A stretch of 64,000 nucleotides of DNA from an uncultured Alphaproteobacteria bacterium (lineage in GTDB: Bacteria; Pseudomonadota; Alphaproteobacteria; RF32; CAG-239): positions 8,613 to 72,612 of the forward strand of contig CABQIK010000007.1 of NCBI GenBank assembly GCA_902464275.1, given 5' to 3'. Position numbers and translations under genes: made by a program. The notes under the pieces are model-generated. The model made no database searches. It was not told the DNA's origin and was given only the letters and a program-made list of their open reading frames with translations. Every line of letters begins with the position of its first letter. The first letter of the stretch is position 1. Below, piece by piece: positions 8,923 through 18,305 of this stretch.

Positions 8923-11900
8923 TAATTACTCTCCGCTGAAAACAAATCTTTAACCGAATTGGGACTGAACACTGAAAGCGGATTTATACTGATTTTCGGC
9001 TCATGCACACTGCCTTTAATTTTATAGCTGACCGCAAATACCGTGCCGTCTTTGCCGGCCAAAACCGACCCGACCACCGGAATTTTGCCGATTAAAGAAT
9101 TTAAACTGTATGCCGGCGAAACAATCCCTTTAATATCAAGCTCTTTGCTTGCTTTTTTGTATGAACCGCTGCCGGTAAAACCGATAACATTACCAAACAT
9201 TTTAGCGTCTTTAATATAAAGCACTTTATTTTTATATTCAAACGGCGCGTCAAAGTGTGAAAACGTTAAACCCTCGCCGCGCAGCAAATCCAAAATTCCG
9301 CTGAATGACGCCATGGTTAAAAGCTTAGCCAGCAGCGGCGTGTTATGAATACTGAAATCGCGGATTTGCGCATGCCCGATAAATTCTTTATTGCGGTTGC
9401 GTTTGGCCTCAATTTTCAAAATACCGCCGGTCATATCATCATAAAGACGCAAAACCCTTAGCGTGCTGCCGGCATTATTACTGTCAACCGAAAGCAAATA
9501 CTCACCATCAGGACGAGGAACATAATCAAGTTTAAGCTTAATTGATTTATCTGAGCCGTAGTTGCCCACCATATGCACCTCGTCAATACCTATTTTAGGC
9601 TTTAACAGCGCGCTTCCGGCAAAATTTTTAATCGGCGTATCGGGGTTGGTCCACAAACTGTTCACCGCAATAAACACTTCCGTATTCGGCACATTGGTCC
9701 AATCGTCATCATCGCTTTTGCTATTGCCTGATGCGGCTTTATTTTCCGTGGCGGCAAAAAGCTCGGTTAAGTCATAACTGTTTCCGCTGACGTTAATTTT
9801 AACTTTTTTACCCTTGTCGGCAAATTCAATTTTAGCCTTAGCCGATGTTTTAGGCCCGTGAATACGGCTAATATTAATAACTTTAAGCTCGCCCGATTTA
9901 TTAAGCGTAATATCGCCGCTTAAATCAAAATCAGATTTATGCAGACTGAACGCGCTGATTTTGCTTATTTTACTGCCGTCAAGCTCTAATTGCGCTTTAA
10001 CATTTCCGGGCACTCCGCTGGCTTTTTTAAACCCTAAAAAGCTGTAATCTATCGCCGCATTTTTCAAATCGGCATCAACCGCAAGCGTGGTTTTATTGTT
10101 GTTCAAAACCGTTAAATTTGCCGTTACATCAGCATATCCGTTAATATACGGCGCATTCAAAAGCGCGGTGTCAACCCCTAGTTTTTTCTTGGCCGCATCA
10201 TTTAGCACAAAATTAAGCGTGCCTTTATTTTTATAAGTTTTATCCTTAAAAAACTCATTAAAGGCAATTTTAAGCGGAATACCGTCAAAATCAGCGTCAC
10301 CCTTAACTTCAAAACCTTTATCGTTCACTTGCAAAAACAATTTTTCCGCCGTTAAATCTTTGCCGTCCAAAGCGTTCGGATATTTTAAATTTTGCAAATC
10401 GGCCTTAACATCAACTTTAATTTCATCAGGCGACAAATCTTGATACAATTCAAAATTAAGCCCCAAATCAATTTCAACATCACCGCTGACAGCATCCGGA
10501 TTAATGCCTATTTCTTTGGCATAGTTAAGCGGCGGATTGTCAATAAAGCGCAACGCGTCGCTCACGCTTGAATTGCCTTTAATGTTAATATCAATAAAGT
10601 TGTTATATTTATTTAAGTCATACAAACGAACATTGCCGCCGGTGATGATAACGCCGTCTGAAACACCCTTATCCACCTTAATATCAATGTCAGAGGTTGA
10701 AAATTCAGCCACCCCGTAAACATTGTTTACCACCGGCATGCCTTCAAGATATGAAATATTGCTGTCAACCACATCTGCCCTGCCTTTAAGGCTTAATAAA
10801 TCTATGCCTTTAGCCGCTTGGTCATAACCGAACGTAAACACAAATTTGCCGTTTTCGGCATATCCGCCAAACAAATTTTGCTTGCACCATTCCCAAGCCG
10901 GTTCTGCCAAATACCGCGGCCAAAACTTTGATAAATCGTCTAACTTAAACTTGGCAATATCTGCTTCAAATACAATTTTTAAATCACTCAGCGAGCGCTC
11001 AAACACATATTTTTTATAGCCTGAAATATCCAAACTGAGTTTGGTTTTTTGCCCGCCGACCGTAAAATCGGCATTTGACACCTTAACCGAGTTTAAGCCG
11101 CTGTCTATATTGCCGTTAAGCACAAAGGCATCAATGGCATAATTAAATTTGTCGTCATCGTTAAAAATAACCTCGCCGTCACTGCCTTTAATCTGAAAAC
11201 GCAAATCTTCAAGCGCGGCGTCCAAGCTGCCGATTAAATCGCGTTTACCGGCCATAATATCGTCAAAATCAATCAGCGCAAGCACATTACCGTCAACCGG
11301 AACATCAATTTTAGGCATATTTTCGCTGATATTGCTGATTAAATCTGAAAGCATTAAGTCCGCAAACGAAAAATCAAGTGCCAGATGATTATTGCTTATT
11401 TGGTATTTTCCGCCCAAATTTAAGGTCGCAAGCCGGTCTTTTAAGTCAAGCAATCCGCCGATTCCTATTTCCAAATTGTTAATATTGCGGTCAAAATCAA
11501 ACTTAACGTCTTTAAAGCTCCACTTGCGCCCTAAATCAACTTCATGAAACTCAACTTCGGCATTATTAATATTAATTTCATTAATAAAGCTTTCAGGATA
11601 AATATCATCATCAGAGTTAAACCGTTCCAAAAATCCTTCAAACCAATCAACGTAGGCCTGAACCTTCTTTTTGTTAATTTCGTTGGTTTTATCTTTTTCC
11701 ACCCCGTAAGTCATAAAAATTGCCACTTGCGGATTTTCAACCGTCACGCTGCTCGGCGCCACAATACCTTTAAGCAACGCCCGCACGCTGAACGAAAGCG
11801 AAAGTTTCGGCGCTTTAATTGAAAATTTATCATCTGCCGCGCGCAAACTGACATTATTGGCAATAATTTTTATCGGCTGAATTGAGCGCACCAACTCCAA

Positions 11901-12098
11901 ATTAACCTCGCCGATATTCATGGAATATTGCTGTTCATCAGAGTTAAGCGCTTGCATAATATATGGTTTTAAAAACGGCACCGACAGCGGCCCCTGATAC
12001 AAAATCCACAGCAGATACAAAAGCGAAAGTAACAAAGCCACGCCTAAATAATCCATGGTTTTGCGCATATAATACAATCTGCCGGAAATTTTTTTCAT
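8922..12098 (-). CDS. AsmA/TamB/YhdP-like large envelope protein
   Basis: 1058 aa. N-terminal membrane anchor, then a long beta-rich repetitive domain typical of AsmA-like lipid-transfer proteins. Confidence 0.55.
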   Translation of the reverse strand: MKKISGRLYYMRKTMDYLGVALLLSLLYLLWILYQGPLSVPFLKPYIMQALNSDEQQYSMNIGEVNLELVRSIQPIKIIANNVSLRAADDKFSIKAPKLSLSFSVRALLKGIVAPSSVTVENPQVAIFMTYGVEKDKTNEINKKKVQAYVDWFEGFLERFNSDDDIYPESFINEININNAEVEFHEVDLGRKWSFKDVKFDFDRNINNLEIGIGGLLDLKDRLATLNLGGKYQISNNHLALDFSFADLMLSDLISNISENMPKIDVPVDGNVLALIDFDDIMAGKRDLIGSLDAALEDLRFQIKGSDGEVIFNDDDKFNYAIDAFVLNGNIDSGLNSVKVSNADFTVGGQKTKLSLDISGYKKYVFERSLSDLKIVFEADIAKFKLDDLSKFWPRYLAEPAWEWCKQNLFGGYAENGKFVFTFGYDQAAKGIDLLSLKGRADVVDSNISYLEGMPVVNNVYGVAEFSTSDIDIKVDKGVSDGVIITGGNVRLYDLNKYNNFIDINIKGNSSVSDALRFIDNPPLNYAKEIGINPDAVSGDVEIDLGLNFELYQDLSPDEIKVDVKADLQNLKYPNALDGKDLTAEKLFLQVNDKGFEVKGDADFDGIPLKIAFNEFFKDKTYKNKGTLNFVLNDAAKKKLGVDTALLNAPYINGYADVTANLTVLNNNKTTLAVDADLKNAAIDYSFLGFKKASGVPGNVKAQLELDGSKISKISAFSLHKSDFDLSGDITLNKSGELKVINISRIHGPKTSAKAKIEFADKGKKVKINVSGNSYDLTELFAATENKAASGNSKSDDDDWTNVPNTEVFIAVNSLWTNPDTPIKNFAGSALLKPKIGIDEVHMVGNYGSDKSIKLKLDYVPRPDGEYLLSVDSNNAGSTLRVLRLYDDMTGGILKIEAKRNRNKEFIGHAQIRDFSIHNTPLLAKLLTMASFSGILDLLRGEGLTFSHFDAPFEYKNKVLYIKDAKMFGNVIGFTGSGSYKKASKELDIKGIVSPAYSLNSLIGKIPVVGSVLAGKDGTVFAVSYKIKGSVHEPKISINPLSVFSPNSVKDLFSAESN

Positions 12099-12101
12099 TT
12101 G

Positions 12102-12986
12102 TTAAAGCCACTCCAAAATATCGCGGTAATTGTGCAAACTGAACAAACCGTCATGAGGAGCGCCCTCATAAATTATCATTTTTTTAGGCTCGTTTGCCTG
12201 CCTGTAAAGCTTTTCAGCCAACGCGGGCGGTATAACTTTATCATCTTTTGTCGCCATAATCAAAATCCGTGTCTTGATTTTACCAATCAGTGCTAAATTA
12301 TTATATGTATCTTTCATCAACAAATCAAGCGGCACAAGCTTAATTGCGCCGAATGTAACATAACTTTCGGCGGTTTCCGACAAACTGGTAAACGGGACCT
12401 CTAAAATAACCGCGTTAAAATTGCCGTTATGTTGCTGATTTTCCGCCGCATATAACGCTGTATAACTTCCGAGTGAAATACCGTAAATTATAATTTTATC
12501 ATTGCTGAAACCAAGCTTGTTTAAATATTTAACTGCATTTACGGCGTCTTGTTCTAAATATTGTTGTTTAATTTTTTTACCCTGTCCTCCAAAACCGCGA
12601 TACTCCGGCATTAAAACCGAATATCCGGCATCGGCAAGCGGTATCATTTTATGATAATAATGCTCCAAATTGTACGAGTTGCCGTGCAAAAACACAATCG
12701 CCTTGCCGTTATTTTGTAAAGTTTTATTCAAATACAGCCACGCCGTAACTTTGCCGCCATTTTTACCGTAATCAAAATACGTAACTTCTTCAGCGTTAAA
12801 GCCGTGTTTGCGCGCCTGATTTATATCCGCCGGATAGTCATAAGCTCCGTAAAAAACATATTCCGGAACAAACACCACCGCCGCGCATAAAAGCGCATAG
12901 GCAGCCAAGCAAATAATCATAAATATTTTAAGCATTTTCAGCATCGCCGACCTTTCCCGCCAAAGCGGCTGCCAAAAACATATCAA
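12102..12986 (-). CDS. alpha/beta hydrolase
   Basis: N-terminal TM/signal. GISLGS nucleophile elbow (GxSxG). Confidence 0.7.
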   Translation of the reverse strand: MICFWQPLWRERSAMLKMLKIFMIICLAAYALLCAAVVFVPEYVFYGAYDYPADINQARKHGFNAEEVTYFDYGKNGGKVTAWLYLNKTLQNNGKAIVFLHGNSYNLEHYYHKMIPLADAGYSVLMPEYRGFGGQGKKIKQQYLEQDAVNAVKYLNKLGFSNDKIIIYGISLGSYTALYAAENQQHNGNFNAVILEVPFTSLSETAESYVTFGAIKLVPLDLLMKDTYNNLALIGKIKTRILIMATKDDKVIPPALAEKLYRQANEPKKMIIYEGAPHDGLFSLHNYRDILEWL

Positions 12987-14035
12987 TATCGCCGTCCAAA
13001 ACCGCTTTATAATCTGAGGTTTCGGCGCCGGTGCGCAAATCTTTTACCAAACGATACGGCTGCAACACATAAGAACGGATTTGATACCCCCAACCGTTTT
13101 CACCTTGCGCATCTCGCTGTTCTTCCGCCACCGCGGCACGTTTTTGCAACTCGCGCTCATACAAGCGGGCTTTAAGCATTTTCCATGCGTTATCGCGGTT
13201 CTGAAATTGCGAGCGCTGACTTTGGCTCTGCACCACAATTCCGGTCGGCAGGTGCGTAATACGCACGGCGGAATCGGTTTTGTTAATATGCTGTCCGCCC
13301 GCGCCGGAAGCGCGATAAGTATCAATCCGGCAGTCAGCCTCGTTAATATTAATTTCAATGGTATCGTCAATCACCGGATAAACTCCGACTGAAGCAAAGC
13401 TGGTATGCCTTCTGCCGGCGCTGTCAAACGGCGAAATTCTTACCAAACGATGCACGCCGCTTTCTGATTTAAGCCAACCGTAAGCATTATGACCTGAAAT
13501 TTTTACGGTGACTGACTTAATTCCGGCAACTTCACCTTCGGTTTCTTCCTGATATTCGGTTCTATAATTGTGCTGTTCCGCCCACCGCATATACATTCTG
13601 AGCAGCATTTCCGCCCAATCCTGCGCTTCCGTGCCGCCGCTTCCGGCATGAATTTCCAAATACGCGTCATTAGCGTCAACCTCTCCGGAAAGCAAAGCTT
13701 CAAGCTCGGCATGTTTGGCCTGTTTTTGCAACTTTTCCAAATCAGCGTAAATTTCCGCCTGTAAATTTTCATCATTGTCTGAAAGTTCGGCCATTTCCGC
13801 ATAATCGTTTACGCTTTTTTCCATATCGCGATAAGCCGTCAGCGAACTTTCCAAATTATTTTTTTCGCTCAAAAGCTTTTGCGCATTGGCGGCATTATTC
13901 CACAAATCGGGATTTTCGGTTAAAGAATTAAGCTCTTCCAGCCTGAGGACGGCATTATCATAATCAAAGATACCTCCTCAGCAATTCTAACGATTGCTTA
14001 ATTTCATCAATTAAATTAACAAACTCAGCCTTCAT
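12928..14035 (-). CDS. prfB: peptide chain release factor 2, with programmed +1 frameshift
   Basis: The frame-0 ORF starts ATG at 14035, reads MKAEFVNLIDEIKQSLELLRRYL and stops at UGA (13966-13964). It is preceded by the SD-like AGGAGG and the slippery CUU UGA. The +1 frame continues into the 325-aa ORF that carries the GGQ motif. Confidence 0.9.
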
Positions 14036-16456
14036 TTAATATTCTCCGCCAACTTGCAAAATTTCAGAATCCGAATCAATCACCATCGCATCATTACCGT
14101 CGCCGCCGATAATCCGTTGTTTTGTTGTATCAAAACTGTAATCCGGTTTAATCGCCTCCACAATTACGGTTGCGTCCCCCGGCTGCGAAAGCTTGCCGGT
14201 ATTCGGGTTAATCCTAACTAACTTAATTCCTTGCGGGATTCTGAAGTTGGAATCAGGCACATCTTTTAAGGCGTCTTTAATAAAATCATAAAAAATCGGC
14301 AATGCGGCAGCCGCGCCGGTTTCAAACCGCCCTAAGCTGACCGGAGAATCGTAACCCACATACACTGCCGCCACTAAATCCGGCGAAAACCCGACAAACC
14401 ACGCGTCTTTATTTTCATTGGTGGTGCCGGTTTTGCCGCCCAAGTGCCGATTTAAGCTTCTTAATCTGGCGCCGGTGCCTCTGATGGCCACACCCTCTAA
14501 AATAGAAGTCATCTGATAAGCGGTAAGCGGGTCAACAATTTGCTCGCGCGTATCCGGTTTATGCGGCGGATTTTGGTTTTCCCATTTATCGGCGTTGCAG
14601 TCATGACAATCATAAGCATCTTCTTTGTAAATGGTTTTGCCGTCTCTGTCCTGAATACGCTCAATCAAATACGGGCTGACTTTTTTACCGCCGTTGACAA
14701 TAATGGCATAAGCGCTCGCCATATCAATCACTCTGGCATCGGCCGCCCCCAAAGACGATGACAAAAACTGCGGCAGATTGTCATTAATCCCGACTCGTTT
14801 GGTCATTTCCGCCACTTTATCCATACCTATATCTTGCGCCAAACGCACCGTCATCAGGTTTTTAGACTGCTCAACCCCCTGACGCAAAGTCATTAAACCG
14901 TAAAACTTTTTAGAATAGTTGACCGGCTTCCATTTCGGCAACCCGACCCCTTGGTCAAGCACAAACGGCGCGTCTAAAATTAAATCATTCGGCGAATAGC
15001 CCATTTCAAGCGCGGTCAAATACACAAACGGCTTAAATGACGAACCGGTTTGCCGATACGCTTGGGTCGCGCGGTTAAATTGCGATTTTTTAAATGAAAA
15101 TCCGCCCACCAACGCCAACACTTTGCCGGTATGCGCGTCAATCACCGCCATGCCGCCTTCCACATCGGGAATTTGCCGCAAAGCAAAAGCGTCTTTTACT
15201 TTAGCGTCTTTAATCGGCTCAACGTAAATCACATCGCCCGCTTTCAGCACATTTGCAACCGAAACCGGCTCGGCGCCCGTAAACTTGTTTTTTAAGGCCG
15301 GTTTTGCCCATTTTATATCTTTAAGATAAATATGCCCGCTTTCTCCGTCTGCGGTTTCAATTTCCGCCTGCTGTTTTTCAGCTTTCAGCACCACCGCTTT
15401 TTGCCATGTCGGCTCCGCTCCGGCGGTAAGTTCCGTATCTTGCAGCGTCTTTTTATAATTTTCGTCAATGGCAATATTTTTTTCCGCTCCTCGCCAACCG
15501 TGCCGACGGTCATAATCAATCAACCCTTTGCGGAAAGCCGCCGTCGCCATTGACTGAATTTGCGGATTAATCGTTGTTCTCACAATCAAGCCGCCCTCAT
15601 ACAAAGCGTCATTGCCAAGATTGTGCACAATCGCGCGGCGAACTTCCTCGCTGTAATACTCAGCGTCTTTCAAAAATCCGTTCTCGCGCTTAACCACTTC
15701 AAGCGGCTTGGCTTTTGCCGCCTCGGCTTCTTCTTCGCTGACATAACCGTCTTCAACCATACGGCCGATAACCCAGTTACGGCGCGCCACCGCCGCGTCA
15801 TGCTTTTTTATCGGATGATAATTGTTCGGCCCCTTCGGCAAAGCCGCCAAATAAGCAATTTCTTCCAAGCTCAAATCATCAAGCGACTTGTCAAAATAAT
15901 TCAGCGCGGCCGCCGCCACTCCGTATGAGCGGTTGCCCAAATAAATTTCATTTAAGTACAATTCTAAAATATGGTCTTTGGTAAAGGCTTTATTCATGCG
16001 GTTAGCTAAAATCGCCTCTTTAATTTTGCGCACGTATGAAACTTCTGAGCTTAATAAAAAGTTTTTAGCCACCTGTTGCGTAATGGTTGAGGCTCCTGAC
16101 GGACGGCGCCCCGAACCCAAATTTTTAATATTGTGCAAAACGGCGCGCACAATACCGATATAATCAATTCCGCCATGTTGGTAAAAATGTTTGTCTTCCG
16201 CGGCAATAAACGCCTGTTTAACTCTATCGGGAATTTTATCAACCGGAACAAACAAACGCTTTTCGGCGGCATATTCCATCAACAGCTGCCCATCGCCGGC
16301 AAACAAACGAGTGGTAACCGCCGGTTCATATTTAGCAAGCTGATGATAATCCGGCAAATCAAAGCTCAGTTTGCCGATAAACGCCACCAAAACCAGCAGC
16401 ACTAAAATACCAAAAAACAATCCGGCGCTTATTAATGTTGAAAAAAACTTAAACAT
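14036..16456 (-). CDS. mrcA: penicillin-binding protein 1A (bifunctional transglycosylase/transpeptidase)
   Basis: 806 aa. N-terminal TM, GT51 motifs (EDKHFYQH), SxxK/SxN/KTG transpeptidase motifs. Confidence 0.9.
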   Translation of the reverse strand: MFKFFSTLISAGLFFGILVLLVLVAFIGKLSFDLPDYHQLAKYEPAVTTRLFAGDGQLLMEYAAEKRLFVPVDKIPDRVKQAFIAAEDKHFYQHGGIDYIGIVRAVLHNIKNLGSGRRPSGASTITQQVAKNFLLSSEVSYVRKIKEAILANRMNKAFTKDHILELYLNEIYLGNRSYGVAAAALNYFDKSLDDLSLEEIAYLAALPKGPNNYHPIKKHDAAVARRNWVIGRMVEDGYVSEEEAEAAKAKPLEVVKRENGFLKDAEYYSEEVRRAIVHNLGNDALYEGGLIVRTTINPQIQSMATAAFRKGLIDYDRRHGWRGAEKNIAIDENYKKTLQDTELTAGAEPTWQKAVVLKAEKQQAEIETADGESGHIYLKDIKWAKPALKNKFTGAEPVSVANVLKAGDVIYVEPIKDAKVKDAFALRQIPDVEGGMAVIDAHTGKVLALVGGFSFKKSQFNRATQAYRQTGSSFKPFVYLTALEMGYSPNDLILDAPFVLDQGVGLPKWKPVNYSKKFYGLMTLRQGVEQSKNLMTVRLAQDIGMDKVAEMTKRVGINDNLPQFLSSSLGAADARVIDMASAYAIIVNGGKKVSPYLIERIQDRDGKTIYKEDAYDCHDCNADKWENQNPPHKPDTREQIVDPLTAYQMTSILEGVAIRGTGARLRSLNRHLGGKTGTTNENKDAWFVGFSPDLVAAVYVGYDSPVSLGRFETGAAAALPIFYDFIKDALKDVPDSNFRIPQGIKLVRINPNTGKLSQPGDATVIVEAIKPDYSFDTTKQRIIGGDGNDAMVIDSDSEILQVGGEY

Positions 16457-16560
16457 ACATAAAATTCCGTTAAATAAAATCAGACATTGCCGCCACTTTA
16501 TTACATTTTAGCAAAATTGCAAAAGAAAAATGTAACCTATACCGCACAAAGCGCTATAAA

Positions 16561-17874
16561 TTAATACAACGCGGCAATTTCAGGGTCGTTAAAGTATTTG
16601 TCAATGGCAGATGACACGGATTTTGCCAATTTTTGCCGATAATTACGTTGTTTGAGCAAACTTTCTTCTTTACGGTTGGAAAGATAGCCCATTTCCAACA
16701 ATGCCGACGGAATATCCGGCGCTTTTAATACGGCAAATCCGGCAAAACGGTGTGTGTTTGAAACAATCTGCACGGTTTTTTGCATCTCGCCGACCATATA
16801 AGTGGCAAATTTTGATGATTTGTTGCGGCTGTCGGTTTGCGAGAGCGAGATTAAAATATCATTAATTTCTTTAGAGTTTTCCGAAAAGTCAACTCCGCCG
16901 ATAATATCAACTTTATTTTCGCGCTCCGCCAAAGCCGCCGCCTCTTTATCCGACGCGGTTTCCGAAAGCGTATAAACCGAAAGCCCTTTAGCATTGCGGT
17001 TAACGGCGCTGTCGGCATGAATAGACATAAACAAATCGGCCTTATAGCGCTGCGCAATTTTAACCCTCTGCCTGAGCGGAATAAAAATATCGGTGTTGCG
17101 GGTTAAATAAACTTTATAGCCGCGTTTTTCCAAAATGGCTTTAAGCTCTTTGCCCATCGCCAGAGTAATGTTCTTTTCATAAGTTTTGCCGTATGCGCCG
17201 ATTGCTCCGGGGTCTTTGCCGCCGTGTCCGGGGTCAAGCACTATGATTTTTTTACGCGGAGCGCTTTTTTTGCTGCTGTCGGGGCTAAAAAACCAACTGC
17301 TCGCTGATGCTGTTTTAGTTTCAGCCTTTTGCGAACTTCCGGCGCCTTCTGATGAAAAAGCATAACGAGTGCCTACTTTAGCATTAAAATCACGCTCTGA
17401 ACAAAGTGCCACATCAACCACAAAGCGCCATTTACCGTTGCCTTGCGGCGCCAAAACAAAAGCTTTTTTAATAAACGCCGGTTTTTGCAAATCAAAAACT
17501 ATGCGCTTGTCATTACCGCTCAGTTTGCCGATTCTGGTCTGTTTAATTAAATTATTTTTATCGCTCTGCAAGGCTTGTTTAACATTCATATCATAAATAT
17601 CAACCACCAAACGCTTAGGTTCGCTTAACAAAAAGGTCCGATATTCGGGCTTGGCATCTGCCTCAAATACTATGCGCACGCTGCCGACCTGCTGCCCGAT
17701 TCGCATATTGGTAATATTACCGGCTTTAACGCTTCCGGCAAACATTGTAACACAGCAAAACAGCCCCGCCGCAAACAGGCAGGCACGCCCAAACAACATA
17801 AATAGTCTGTTAATTATGTTTTTCATACGCTCTCCGTTACAATTTGCGCCATTGTACGCCACAGTTATTACCAA
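16561..17874 (-). CDS. amiC: N-acetylmuramoyl-L-alanine amidase (AmiC-like with AMIN domain)
   Basis: Amidase_3 motif IIVLDPGHGGKDPGAIG. N-terminal signal plus AMIN-like domain. Confidence 0.85.
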   Translation of the reverse strand: MVITVAYNGANCNGERMKNIINRLFMLFGRACLFAAGLFCCVTMFAGSVKAGNITNMRIGQQVGSVRIVFEADAKPEYRTFLLSEPKRLVVDIYDMNVKQALQSDKNNLIKQTRIGKLSGNDKRIVFDLQKPAFIKKAFVLAPQGNGKWRFVVDVALCSERDFNAKVGTRYAFSSEGAGSSQKAETKTASASSWFFSPDSSKKSAPRKKIIVLDPGHGGKDPGAIGAYGKTYEKNITLAMGKELKAILEKRGYKVYLTRNTDIFIPLRQRVKIAQRYKADLFMSIHADSAVNRNAKGLSVYTLSETASDKEAAALAERENKVDIIGGVDFSENSKEINDILISLSQTDSRNKSSKFATYMVGEMQKTVQIVSNTHRFAGFAVLKAPDIPSALLEMGYLSNRKEESLLKQRNYRQKLAKSVSSAIDKYFNDPEIAALY

Positions 17875-18305
17875 TGAGTTAAAATCCGCCCCGATAACAT
17901 AAAATTTGTCACAAGATAAAAATTTTAATTGTAATTTAAAACAAATCCTATATTGTAAACTCTGTCAGGTGATTGCGCACTGATTTAAGGGATTGGTATT
18001 AACAAATGACGGATTTTTTCTCTTAAAAAGGTGCCGCTGCTTTTAATATACTGAAAATACGGATAAAAGTGAGCAGCCTGGCATAAACGAAACGGGATAT
18101 TTTTTAGTTTTAAAGCTATAAAAAACAAGAATTAAGAAAGCTTAGCCTTAAAACTGACATGACAAAAACTGAAATGAGCGGATTTACAAATTCCGCCGCT
18201 GATTGTTTAGGGCCGCGCGCCTTTCCTTTTGATTATGCCGAAATATCCCCGCAAGCAGATGTAAACATATCGCCGCAAGCGATAACATTATGATGGGAAA
18301 ATGTT

